A DNA stretch of 64,000 nt, from the NCBI GenBank assembly GCA_902554355.1, contig CACDOC010000001.1:3839-67838 (forward strand). The letters are read 5' to 3'. Under the pieces are notes generated by a model, which saw nothing but the letters and a program-made list of their open reading frames with translations, searched no databases and was not told where the DNA came from. Source of the stretch: an uncultured SAR86 cluster bacterium (GTDB taxonomy: Bacteria; Pseudomonadota; Gammaproteobacteria; Magnimaribacterales; Magnimaribacteraceae). Below, in pieces: positions 55,473 to 63,382 of the stretch. Every line of letters begins with the position of its first letter. Position 1 is the first letter of the stretch. A program made the position numbers and the translations under genes.

Positions 55473-57109
55473 TTTAATTTCCTTGGTTCAACTGTAGATT
55501 CAATTACTTTCGCTCCAAATTCTTCGATTATTTTCTTAACCTTAGGATCTTCTTTAATTGCCTTTTCTGCTTCATCTTGTATCTTTCTTTTTTCTTTCGC
55601 CTTTATTTGATTTGGAGAATCATTATCAGATTCACCTTCTTCAAGAAAGATATTGCAATCTTCTTTTAAATATTCTGATAACTTTTCTTGTAATTCTTGT
55701 CTATGCTTTCCATTAAAAAGGTTTAATTTTTCTTCTGGCATGGACAAATAAATGACCGTGTCATCTACTCTTTCAAAAGAACAATGCGAAGCTAATTGTT
55801 TAGTTCCTGGATCAAGAGTTAACTTATTAAAAATTGAATTCCATGTATCTTTTGAGATATCTAGTTCCTTAAGATCCTTATCTTGTTTTAGTTCTTTTTT
55901 GAGTGTTTCTTCAACTGACTTAGTTTCTGCTAATGACAAGTCTTTTCCGACGGAATGTTTATCTTTACTTTCTAAACCTTTCTTTTTATTTGTTTTTTCA
56001 ACTTTTTTTTTAGTATCTTTAACTTCGCCAGGTAAAAACGAAACCATTCTTAATAAAGCCATCTCAAAACCACTTGATAGACTTGGAGCTAATTCCATAT
56101 CTCTTTTAGCAATTAGTCCTATTTGATAGAGAATCTGAAGGTCATCATCTGAAAGAATCTTAGCAAGCTCTTTTAGATCATTTTTCCTTATCTCTGTTTC
56201 ATCTAAAACTTCTTCAGAAACTTGTGTAAAAGTTATTAATTGAATGGTTTCAAGAATTAGATCCATCAGCCTCAGATAATCTACACTCATCTGAGAAATC
56301 TCTTTTAAAGATTCCAGAACGGTTACAGCGTCCTTTTTAGCTATGGAAGACAAGAGTGAATTTACATGATCAAAAGGCAGAGTCCCTAGCATTTGAGCAA
56401 TGCCTTTATCTGTTAAATCTCCATTGCAATAGGCGATTGCTTGATCAGCAATAGTGAGACAATCTCTTAAACTACCTCTTCCCGACCTACAAATTTGTTC
56501 TACGGCTTGAGGTTCAAATTTAATTTTTTCTTCTTTCAATATAAAACTTAACCTGTCATTCAGTTGACTAGGCGTTAAATTTTTAAGATTAAATTGCAAG
56601 CATCTAGAAAGAACTGTTGCTGGGATTTTTTCAGGCAAGGTAGTTGCTAAAATAAAAATGACATGCTCAGGAGGTTCTTCTAAAGTTTTTAAAAGCATAT
56701 TAAAACTTTGTGTTGATAGCATATGCACTTCATCCAGTAGGTAGACTTTATACCTTGATGAACTAGGCATATGCATGACAGTCTCCAATAGCTGTTTGGT
56801 GTCATCCACGCCTCGGCTAGAAGCAGCATCGATTTCTTGGAAATCCATAAAACTTCCATCAGTTATTGATTCACAAGTAGAGCATTTATGACAGGGTTCA
56901 GAATCAAGTCCTGCTTCACAATTTAAACTTTTAGAGAGAATCCTTGCAATAGTGGTCTTGCCTACCCCTCTAGTACCACTTAATACATAAGCTTGGTGTA
57001 TCTTGTTTTGGTCAAGTGCGTTAGCTAGCGCCTGAACAACATGTTCTTGACCAACAACTTCAGAAAAGTCTTTCGGTCTCCATTTCCTTGCTAATACTTG
57101 ATAACTCAT
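55469..57109 (-). CDS. dnaX: DNA polymerase III subunit tau/gamma
   Basis: 546 aa. P-loop GTRGVGKTT, Zn module CEAGLDSEPCHKCSTC, SRC motif, a Lys-rich linker, and a tau C-terminal domain. Confidence 0.95.
   Translation of the reverse strand: MSYQVLARKWRPKDFSEVVGQEHVVQALANALDQNKIHQAYVLSGTRGVGKTTIARILSKSLNCEAGLDSEPCHKCSTCESITDGSFMDFQEIDAASSRGVDDTKQLLETVMHMPSSSRYKVYLLDEVHMLSTQSFNMLLKTLEEPPEHVIFILATTLPEKIPATVLSRCLQFNLKNLTPSQLNDRLSFILKEEKIKFEPQAVEQICRSGRGSLRDCLTIADQAIAYCNGDLTDKGIAQMLGTLPFDHVNSLLSSIAKKDAVTVLESLKEISQMSVDYLRLMDLILETIQLITFTQVSEEVLDETEIRKNDLKELAKILSDDDLQILYQIGLIAKRDMELAPSLSSGFEMALLRMVSFLPGEVKDTKKKVEKTNKKKGLESKDKHSVGKDLSLAETKSVEETLKKELKQDKDLKELDISKDTWNSIFNKLTLDPGTKQLASHCSFERVDDTVIYLSMPEEKLNLFNGKHRQELQEKLSEYLKEDCNIFLEEGESDNDSPNQIKAKEKRKIQDEAEKAIKEDPKVKKIIEEFGAKVIESTVEPRKLK
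56003..56011 (-). other. A9 homopolymer inside dnaX: candidate ribosomal/transcriptional slippage site for a truncated gamma product
   Basis: Minus-strand ACT AAA AAA AAA GTT GAA at codons 367-369. The -1 frame reads AGT TGA (stop after one codon). The other frame stops after 11 codons. Confidence 0.35.
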
Positions 57110-57155
57110 TATTTACTATAGAAGTATAGTTTATTAGTAATAAAATTTAATTACC

Positions 57156-57611
57156 TTATTCACTTTTCATAATAAGAAATGCCTTATCAATATCTTTGAA
57201 ATCAAACCCTCTATAATTTAAAAACCTCTTTAATTTAAGTATTTCTTTAGTTTCAGTTGGCATATTCCCACTTACTTTCTTTCTTAATGCTTCTAAAGCA
57301 AACTCGGACCACTCTATCTCATTTGATAACGGATAAAAAATTTGATCTCCAACTCCTCGCTGCTTTAATTCATTTCTGATTCTGAGTGGACCGTAACCTC
57401 TATTTTTTCTACTTTGAAAATAACTCTCAGCAAACCTTTCATCGCTTAACAAACCATCTGCTTGTAATTTTTCTATCTCTTCTTCAAGAAGCTCCTTAGA
57501 TTCAACTCTAGGAGATAATTTCTGAAAAATCTCTTTTGAAGAGTGTTCTCTTCTAGAAAGAAAATCCATTATCTTTATTCTAATAGCTTTGGGTTCATCT
57601 AAAATTTTCAT
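57156..57611 (-). CDS. recX: RecA regulator RecX
   Basis: 151 aa. LSRREHSSKEI..., repeated three-helix modules, LLSDERFAESY and GYGPLRIRNELKQRGV. Confidence 0.8.
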   Translation of the reverse strand: MKILDEPKAIRIKIMDFLSRREHSSKEIFQKLSPRVESKELLEEEIEKLQADGLLSDERFAESYFQSRKNRGYGPLRIRNELKQRGVGDQIFYPLSNEIEWSEFALEALRKKVSGNMPTETKEILKLKRFLNYRGFDFKDIDKAFLIMKSE

Positions 57612-57680
57612 TAGCCATCAGTATATTCTTTCTAAAAAGAATAAAAAACATATAGAATCATGTTCTTTTAGGAGGGAAAA

Positions 57681-58811
57681 ATGCAATTAAATTACTTAAA
57701 CAAACCTTATTTTGAGAATGGATCTATAAAAAATATATCTGAAGTTCTAAAAGAACAGGGAATAAAAAATCCTCTCATTTGTACTGATCCTGGTCTTGCC
57801 TCAATGGGGATGTCAGACAAAATTAGAAATCTACTTTCAAATGAACTATCTCCCTCGTTTTATGAAGAAACGCCCGCGAACCCAACTGAACAAGCTGTCA
57901 ATGATGCATTGAAAGTTTATCGTGAAAATAATTGTGATGGAGTTATAGGTTTTGGGGGTGGCTCGAGCATGGATTTAGCAAAAGCTGTTGCATTAATGGC
58001 AAATCATGAAGGTAACGTTGTTGATTACTCTGTTAATGAAGGAGGAGTAGGAAGAATTAATAAGACCATGCCTATGGTTGCCATCCCAACAACCTCAGGA
58101 ACAGGTAGCGAAGTTTCATTAGGGGCTGTAATAATTATGAATGATGGTAGAAAACTCATTCTTGCAAGTGATCATTTAAGGCCAGATGCCGCTATATGCG
58201 ATCCCGAGCTTACATTAGGACTTCCACCCGTATTAACTGCAGGTGCTGGAATGGATGCCTTAACTCACTGTATCGAAGCTATACTTTCTCCTGTTATTGA
58301 TCCCCCTGCAGAAGCAGTAGGCTTAGATGGTGTAGAAAAAGTTATCGGGGAAGAAAGTCTTATAAGAGCAGTTAAGAATGGTCAAGATAAGGAGGCGCGT
58401 TGGAACATGATGATGGCTTCAACTGAAGGAGCCATGGCCTTTTCTAAAGGTCTAGGAGCTGTGCATTCGATGAGTCATGCATTAGGTGCAGATCAAGAAC
58501 TAAGATTACATCACGGAACATTAAATGGCGTAATTTTGCCTACAATTTTAAGGTTTAACAAAGATCATGTAGGTAATAAATATTCTAAAATCTTGCGTGC
58601 AATGGGAAAAGATAGTTCTGTTGATCTGGCAGATGAAATAGAAGTCTTAAATCAAGAAATTGGCCTACCAAATGGATTGGCAGAAATGGGAGTTACTGAA
58701 GACATGATTCCAGGTCTAGTAGCTCATTCTATTACTGATCCAAGTAATCTAACTACGCCTCGACTTCCTTCGCAAGAAGAATGGGAAAAGCTCTTTTTAG
58801 ACGCTATGTAG
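57681..58811 (+). CDS. iron-containing (group III) alcohol dehydrogenase
   Basis: 376 aa. Contains GFGGGSSMDLAK, metal-ligand blocks DALTHCIEA and HSMSHALG, and HHGTLNG. Confidence 0.85.
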   Translation: MQLNYLNKPYFENGSIKNISEVLKEQGIKNPLICTDPGLASMGMSDKIRNLLSNELSPSFYEETPANPTEQAVNDALKVYRENNCDGVIGFGGGSSMDLAKAVALMANHEGNVVDYSVNEGGVGRINKTMPMVAIPTTSGTGSEVSLGAVIIMNDGRKLILASDHLRPDAAICDPELTLGLPPVLTAGAGMDALTHCIEAILSPVIDPPAEAVGLDGVEKVIGEESLIRAVKNGQDKEARWNMMMASTEGAMAFSKGLGAVHSMSHALGADQELRLHHGTLNGVILPTILRFNKDHVGNKYSKILRAMGKDSSVDLADEIEVLNQEIGLPNGLAEMGVTEDMIPGLVAHSITDPSNLTTPRLPSQEEWEKLFLDAM

Positions 58812-58816
58812 CTAAA

Positions 58817-58999
58817 TTATTTATCTGAAAAATCAGCATCATCAGATTTGGCTTTTTTTTCTTGATCCCTATAAGGAATATATGCAGACCATTTTGGCCT
58901 GTTGCTTCTATCAGTCTGTTTTTTTGAGGCCTTGAATCTAAGCAGATAGAAGAATAATAAGGCTGAAAATATTCCTAGAATTGCTATAAGAGTATTCAA
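58817..58999 (-). CDS. hypothetical single-TM small protein
   Basis: 60 aa with one N-terminal TM helix and a basic/acidic tail. Confidence 0.3.
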   Translation of the reverse strand: MNTLIAILGIFSALLFFYLLRFKASKKQTDRSNRPKWSAYIPYRDQEKKAKSDDADFSDK

Positions 59000-59006
59000 A
59001 TTTCCA

Positions 59007-59795
59007 CTACCTTGATCTTAACTTCATTAGAAGCCTTAGAATTTCTATGTATAGCCATATTAAGGTTGCCACTAAAGCCATGGCACCAAACCACTCCATA
59101 TATTTTGGAGCTCCCTGTTCTTCAGATTGCTCAATAATATCAAAATCTAAAACAAGATTAAGTGCCGCTATAGCCACAATAAATAGACTTAGTCCAATTC
59201 CCATCCACCCTGTATCAGTGAAAATTGCAAAAGAACTTCCTGTAAAAAGAGAAAAGATAAAATTAAAAAAGTAAGTAAGAAAAATGCCTAATGTAGCTGC
59301 AAACACCATTAAAACAAAATTCTGTGTCGGTCTGATAATTCCTGTTTTATAGGCAAACAATAATGAAGCTGCTACAAAGAAGGTTAATGAAACAGCCTGT
59401 ATTACTATTCCAGGAAACATTGCTTCTGCTTGTTGAGAAATCATCCCAATCATGAAGCCCATACCAATAGCGTAAATAGGTGCAGTTTTAGGAGCTCGAT
59501 ATGGTCTTGGTTTTACAATCCAGCCAATAAAAAACATAGGAAATCCAAATGTTGCTATTGCCGCTATCGATCCAGTAAATATTCCTATCATAGCAATGAA
59601 AGAAATTAATGGTCCTTGAAAATTCCAACTTATAGCTGAAGCGAGAACTGTAAGAAACAATAAAATTCCAGTTTTGTTTACTGCACCTTCTAAAGTCATC
59701 CTTTCCCCGGAACTAGAGGCTTCCTGAAAAGCCGATGATCTTATAATAGGATTACCTGATCTTCCAAAAGTATCTAATGCTTGATGTTTCGACAT
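59007..59795 (-). CDS. Bax inhibitor-1/YccA-like membrane protein
   Basis: 262 aa. The N-terminal SGNPI motif region is followed by about 7 TM helices. Confidence 0.65.
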   Translation of the reverse strand: MSKHQALDTFGRSGNPIIRSSAFQEASSSGERMTLEGAVNKTGILLFLTVLASAISWNFQGPLISFIAMIGIFTGSIAAIATFGFPMFFIGWIVKPRPYRAPKTAPIYAIGMGFMIGMISQQAEAMFPGIVIQAVSLTFFVAASLLFAYKTGIIRPTQNFVLMVFAATLGIFLTYFFNFIFSLFTGSSFAIFTDTGWMGIGLSLFIVAIAALNLVLDFDIIEQSEEQGAPKYMEWFGAMALVATLIWLYIEILRLLMKLRSR

Positions 59796-59827
59796 AATTA
59801 TTCTTATTAAATTTTTAACCTACTTAC

Positions 59828-60997
59828 TTAGTTTACTAAGGTACAAGAACTAGCTTGAGGGAATCCCATTACTTCACTAATGTTTTTACACTTTAGTTTT
59901 ACGTATTGCCCTTTATCTAGATCATAAGCAAAATCTTGATTATTCGTAGGCGGTGAAAGGTTACAAGTTAGAAATCCCCACTCATCAGCCTGTAAATTAA
60001 TTTGCGCATTATCATAAAAATCTGCATCAATGCTTGAAACCCTACCAGTAATAATTAGTTCTTTTCCTTTATATTTCCTAATAGCCCTCATCTCATTTAC
60101 TTCAAATTCATTATATAAAGATGTGCAAGAAACCTCCGTTATAGCTGGTGCCGGAGGAGGAGTCACTTTCTTTTTCTTAGGTTTTGGAGTAGAAGCACTT
60201 TTCTGAGGTTGAGGAGACTTTGAGTCTACTTGACTCTGAGCAACCACCTTTTTAGGCGTCTTAGGAGGCGAAGAAGAGTCATAGCATTCTAATTTCTGAG
60301 TTAATCCGCTTTCGTTCTTAGATAGACATTGGAATTTACTAAAATCTAGAATTAAACTTCCGTCGCTTACGTTTATAACGAACTGGGACGAATTATTTGG
60401 GTTTTGTTGAAATATTGTTGAATCAATAAGGCTTGGCAATACATTGGCATTACTAGAATCTTCCTGCCAAAGGCAACCATCTTCGTTTGCTTGAAGCATA
60501 AAGTCATCTTCACCATATTTAACAGTTAATTTCATTCTATCGTTTGTATCTTGAGAATTAAAAGCAGCGAAAGGGTCATCTGAAACACCTTCGCATTTAC
60601 TTAAATAAGCTTCTATATTTTTAGCAGCAATTTCTTCTAGCTCTCGTTGTTTCCTCGCTGCCTCTCTTTCTTCTTCAGCTTTTCTTATCTGTTCAGCTCT
60701 TTCTTCGTCTGTAATTGAATACTCATCTAAAGCAATTTGCGCATCTTGCATACTAAGATAAACTAAGTTCCTACTTTCTTTTGGTACCCTGCTCCAGCCT
60801 CTATTTGTTGAACCTATTGTTCCATCAGCGTTTATCCAATAAAAGTTATCTGAATAGACAGCTTTACCATTGGCTATTTCTAGGCCTAATGGAGAAAAAG
60901 CAGGTAAGTTTAATTCAGTATCAGCATAAACCGAGGTGAATGAAAAAAATAAAAATAAAATTAATAATTGTTTAAGTCTCTTAATAAATTTAAGCAT
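59828..60997 (-). CDS. secreted modular protein: coiled coil, Pro/Lys-rich linker, C-terminal OB-fold-like domain
   Basis: Start placed at ATG 60997 (MLKFIKRLKQLLILFLFFSFTSVYA). Coiled-coil segment EERAEQIRKAEEEREAARKQRELEE, linker PPKTPKK...PKPKKKKVTPPPAP, and a C-terminal ...YKGKELIITGRVSSID pattern like tRNA_anti-like OB folds. Confidence 0.5.
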   Translation of the reverse strand: MLKFIKRLKQLLILFLFFSFTSVYADTELNLPAFSPLGLEIANGKAVYSDNFYWINADGTIGSTNRGWSRVPKESRNLVYLSMQDAQIALDEYSITDEERAEQIRKAEEEREAARKQRELEEIAAKNIEAYLSKCEGVSDDPFAAFNSQDTNDRMKLTVKYGEDDFMLQANEDGCLWQEDSSNANVLPSLIDSTIFQQNPNNSSQFVINVSDGSLILDFSKFQCLSKNESGLTQKLECYDSSSPPKTPKKVVAQSQVDSKSPQPQKSASTPKPKKKKVTPPPAPAITEVSCTSLYNEFEVNEMRAIRKYKGKELIITGRVSSIDADFYDNAQINLQADEWGFLTCNLSPPTNNQDFAYDLDKGQYVKLKCKNISEVMGFPQASSCTLVN

Positions 60998-61079
60998 TTT
61001 CTTCCCATAATCTAGTCTATATATCATACAAAATTTTTTTTTGTTTTTATACTGAATAAAAGTTTATATACTAAATTCA

Positions 61080-61445
61080 ATGCAAAAGTGTTTATTAATA
61101 TTAACATCGATAATTCTAATCAGTTGTGAATCTTTAAATGAACTAAATTCTGATTCATATTCAGGTGTTGCTACACTTGATAGGCAACAAGTAAAAGATT
61201 GGGATTGCGTATATCTCTACAATACTAATATAACCGAAACTGGATGGAGCACATCTTCTGCAACTGCTAATGCAATTGGGGTACTAAAGAAACAAGCAAT
61301 GGTAGCTAAAGGTAACGCAATAGTGATTACTGATGTTTACCCTACTTCTGAATGGAATAATAGTGGATATGAAGTTGATGCAGCGGGAGTTTCTGTAGAA
61401 GTTTACAATTGTCCGTTCACTTACAATTCTTCTGAAAGTGAATAG
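61080..61445 (+). CDS. small lipoprotein (DUF4156-like)
   Basis: 121 aa. Lipobox LISC. The Cys...KKQAMVAKGNAIVI...VYNC pattern resembles the DUF4156 lipoprotein family as I remember it. Confidence 0.45.
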   Translation: MQKCLLILTSIILISCESLNELNSDSYSGVATLDRQQVKDWDCVYLYNTNITETGWSTSSATANAIGVLKKQAMVAKGNAIVITDVYPTSEWNNSGYEVDAAGVSVEVYNCPFTYNSSESE

Positions 61446-61474
61446 ACTTTTAGAAGTTTCCTGATCCAAGCTAC

Positions 61475-62020
61475 ATGATAAAAAATTGGGAAAAAATTGG
61501 TACTAGGTTCTTAATTGAAAATAAAATCTTTAAATTGAGAGAAGATCGAGTTATTTCTCCGAAGAAAAAATCTGAACACCCTGTTTGGGTGATTGATACC
61601 CCAGATTGGGTAAACATTATCCCTATAACCAGCAATAATGAGGTCATTCTTATTAATCAACATCGATTTGGGACTGAAAAACTTTGCTTAGAAGTTCCTG
61701 GAGGAATGGTAGATGAAGGAGAAGATCCCATGGATGCTGCTATTAGAGAACTCTCTGAAGAAACAGGCTATACCAGCTCTAAAATTATAGAGATTGGAAG
61801 AGTTGAGCCCAACCCTGCCCTGATGTCTAACCATACCTATTCCTATCTTGCTTTAGACGTATGCCAGACAGAAGAACAAAAATTAGATGGCATGGAAGAT
61901 ATAGAAATATTAAAAAAACCCATAGATGAGATTCCTTTATTGATAGAAAAAGGAGAAATTGAACACGCTTTAGTTATTTGCGCCTTTTATTTCTATAACC
62001 AATATTTATCAAAGGCATAA
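61475..62020 (+). CDS. NUDIX hydrolase (ADP-ribose pyrophosphatase-like)
   Basis: 181 aa with the Nudix box GGMVDEGEDPMDAAIRELSEETGY. Confidence 0.85.
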   Translation: MIKNWEKIGTRFLIENKIFKLREDRVISPKKKSEHPVWVIDTPDWVNIIPITSNNEVILINQHRFGTEKLCLEVPGGMVDEGEDPMDAAIRELSEETGYTSSKIIEIGRVEPNPALMSNHTYSYLALDVCQTEEQKLDGMEDIEILKKPIDEIPLLIEKGEIEHALVICAFYFYNQYLSKA

Positions 62021-62044
62021 TAAAGTTTTATACTCTGTTTGGTA

Positions 62045-62611
62045 ATGACAGAACCTTCTCAAGACTCAGTAAAAGGAAATCTTTTATATTTTTCCCCTAG
62101 CGAACAGGAACCTTCCTATTTTACAGATTCTCTTTTGTATATTTGCGATCATGGTGATTTGGGAGCGCTTGGACTGATCATAAACCGACCTTTAAATCTT
62201 AAGCTTAAAGATCTATTCAATAGCATGGATATTACTAAAAATTCAAAAGCGGAAGGAAATGTCTATATGGGTGGCCCGGTAAACCCAGGGGCTATTTTTA
62301 TACTTCATTCTTCTGAGAAGAAGTGGGATTCCACGATGGAGGTATCTAAAGACATTTCTTTAAGTACCTCGGAAGATGCAATTAAATCTATTGCTAATAA
62401 TGAAGGGCCAAAAGATTATCTGATGACTTTAGGTTATTCAGGTTGGGGTGTTAACCAACTAGAGTCGGAGCTAATAGAAAATGCCTGGGTGGTTATTCCT
62501 GAAAATAAGGATGTTATTTTTAACCCAGACCCAAGAAGACAGATGGAAGAACTATCTAAATTTGTGGGGTATGATGTTAGGATGATTAGCCCTGATTTTG
62601 GAAATGCTTAA
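62045..62611 (+). CDS. YqgE/AlgH-family (UPF0301) protein
   Basis: Start placed at ATG 62045. Contains F.DSLLYICDHGDLGALGLIINRPL, characteristic of the family. Confidence 0.8.
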   Translation: MTEPSQDSVKGNLLYFSPSEQEPSYFTDSLLYICDHGDLGALGLIINRPLNLKLKDLFNSMDITKNSKAEGNVYMGGPVNPGAIFILHSSEKKWDSTMEVSKDISLSTSEDAIKSIANNEGPKDYLMTLGYSGWGVNQLESELIENAWVVIPENKDVIFNPDPRRQMEELSKFVGYDVRMISPDFGNA

Positions 62612-63382
62612 ATGATTAAAGTTAGACTCTATTTATTATTAATTTTTCTTGCAACAGTAGGATGCTCAAGTTCAGTTAGCGATTTTGAAGACAAGATTGA
62701 AGCCAGGGTTCTTGAGAATAATGGCGAAATGACTTCTTTAGAAATAAAGGCAGCAGCCGTTTATTTAGATGCTTGGAGTAAAGAGGATTTTTATCAAGAT
62801 GATATAGATAAGTTTAAAGAAGCAGATAAAGTTGTATTTCCTGATAAAGACTTAATACTTTTCACTGGAAGTTCTAGTATTAGATTTTGGAGCACCCTTA
62901 AAGAGGATATGGCTCCACATAAAGTTTTAAACAGGGGATTTGGAGGGGCACACATAGCGCATGTCAACTATCACTTTGACGAAATAGTAACACCCTATAA
63001 ACCTAAAGCCATTGTTTTCTTTTGTGGTACAAATGATCTGTCAGCATTTAAACCTCCGCAAGAAACGTTTGAAGACTTTAGTGCTTTTTTCTCAAGGATC
63101 AAAAATGAATTGCCAGGAACTAAATTAATAGTGATAGGTGTAAAACCTTCAACAGCTAGGGCTTATTTAGTCCCAGAAGAGCAAGAATTCAATAGCCTAC
63201 TCTCTAATCTTGCAAAAGAAGAAGACCGATTATCTTATGTAAGTGTTTGGAACCCAATGCTTACTGATGAAGGTAAAGCGAACCCAGATCTATTTGTTGA
63301 GGATGGACTTCATATGAATGAAAAGGGCTATGAAATATGGACCAGGCTAGTTAAACCTGAATTAGATAACCTTAATCTTTAG
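62612..63382 (+). CDS. SGNH/GDSL-type hydrolase lipoprotein
   Basis: 256 aa. Lipobox-like signal ATVGC, block I FTGSSS, block II GFGGA, block III GTND, block V DGLHMN. Confidence 0.75.
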   Translation: MIKVRLYLLLIFLATVGCSSSVSDFEDKIEARVLENNGEMTSLEIKAAAVYLDAWSKEDFYQDDIDKFKEADKVVFPDKDLILFTGSSSIRFWSTLKEDMAPHKVLNRGFGGAHIAHVNYHFDEIVTPYKPKAIVFFCGTNDLSAFKPPQETFEDFSAFFSRIKNELPGTKLIVIGVKPSTARAYLVPEEQEFNSLLSNLAKEEDRLSYVSVWNPMLTDEGKANPDLFVEDGLHMNEKGYEIWTRLVKPELDNLNL

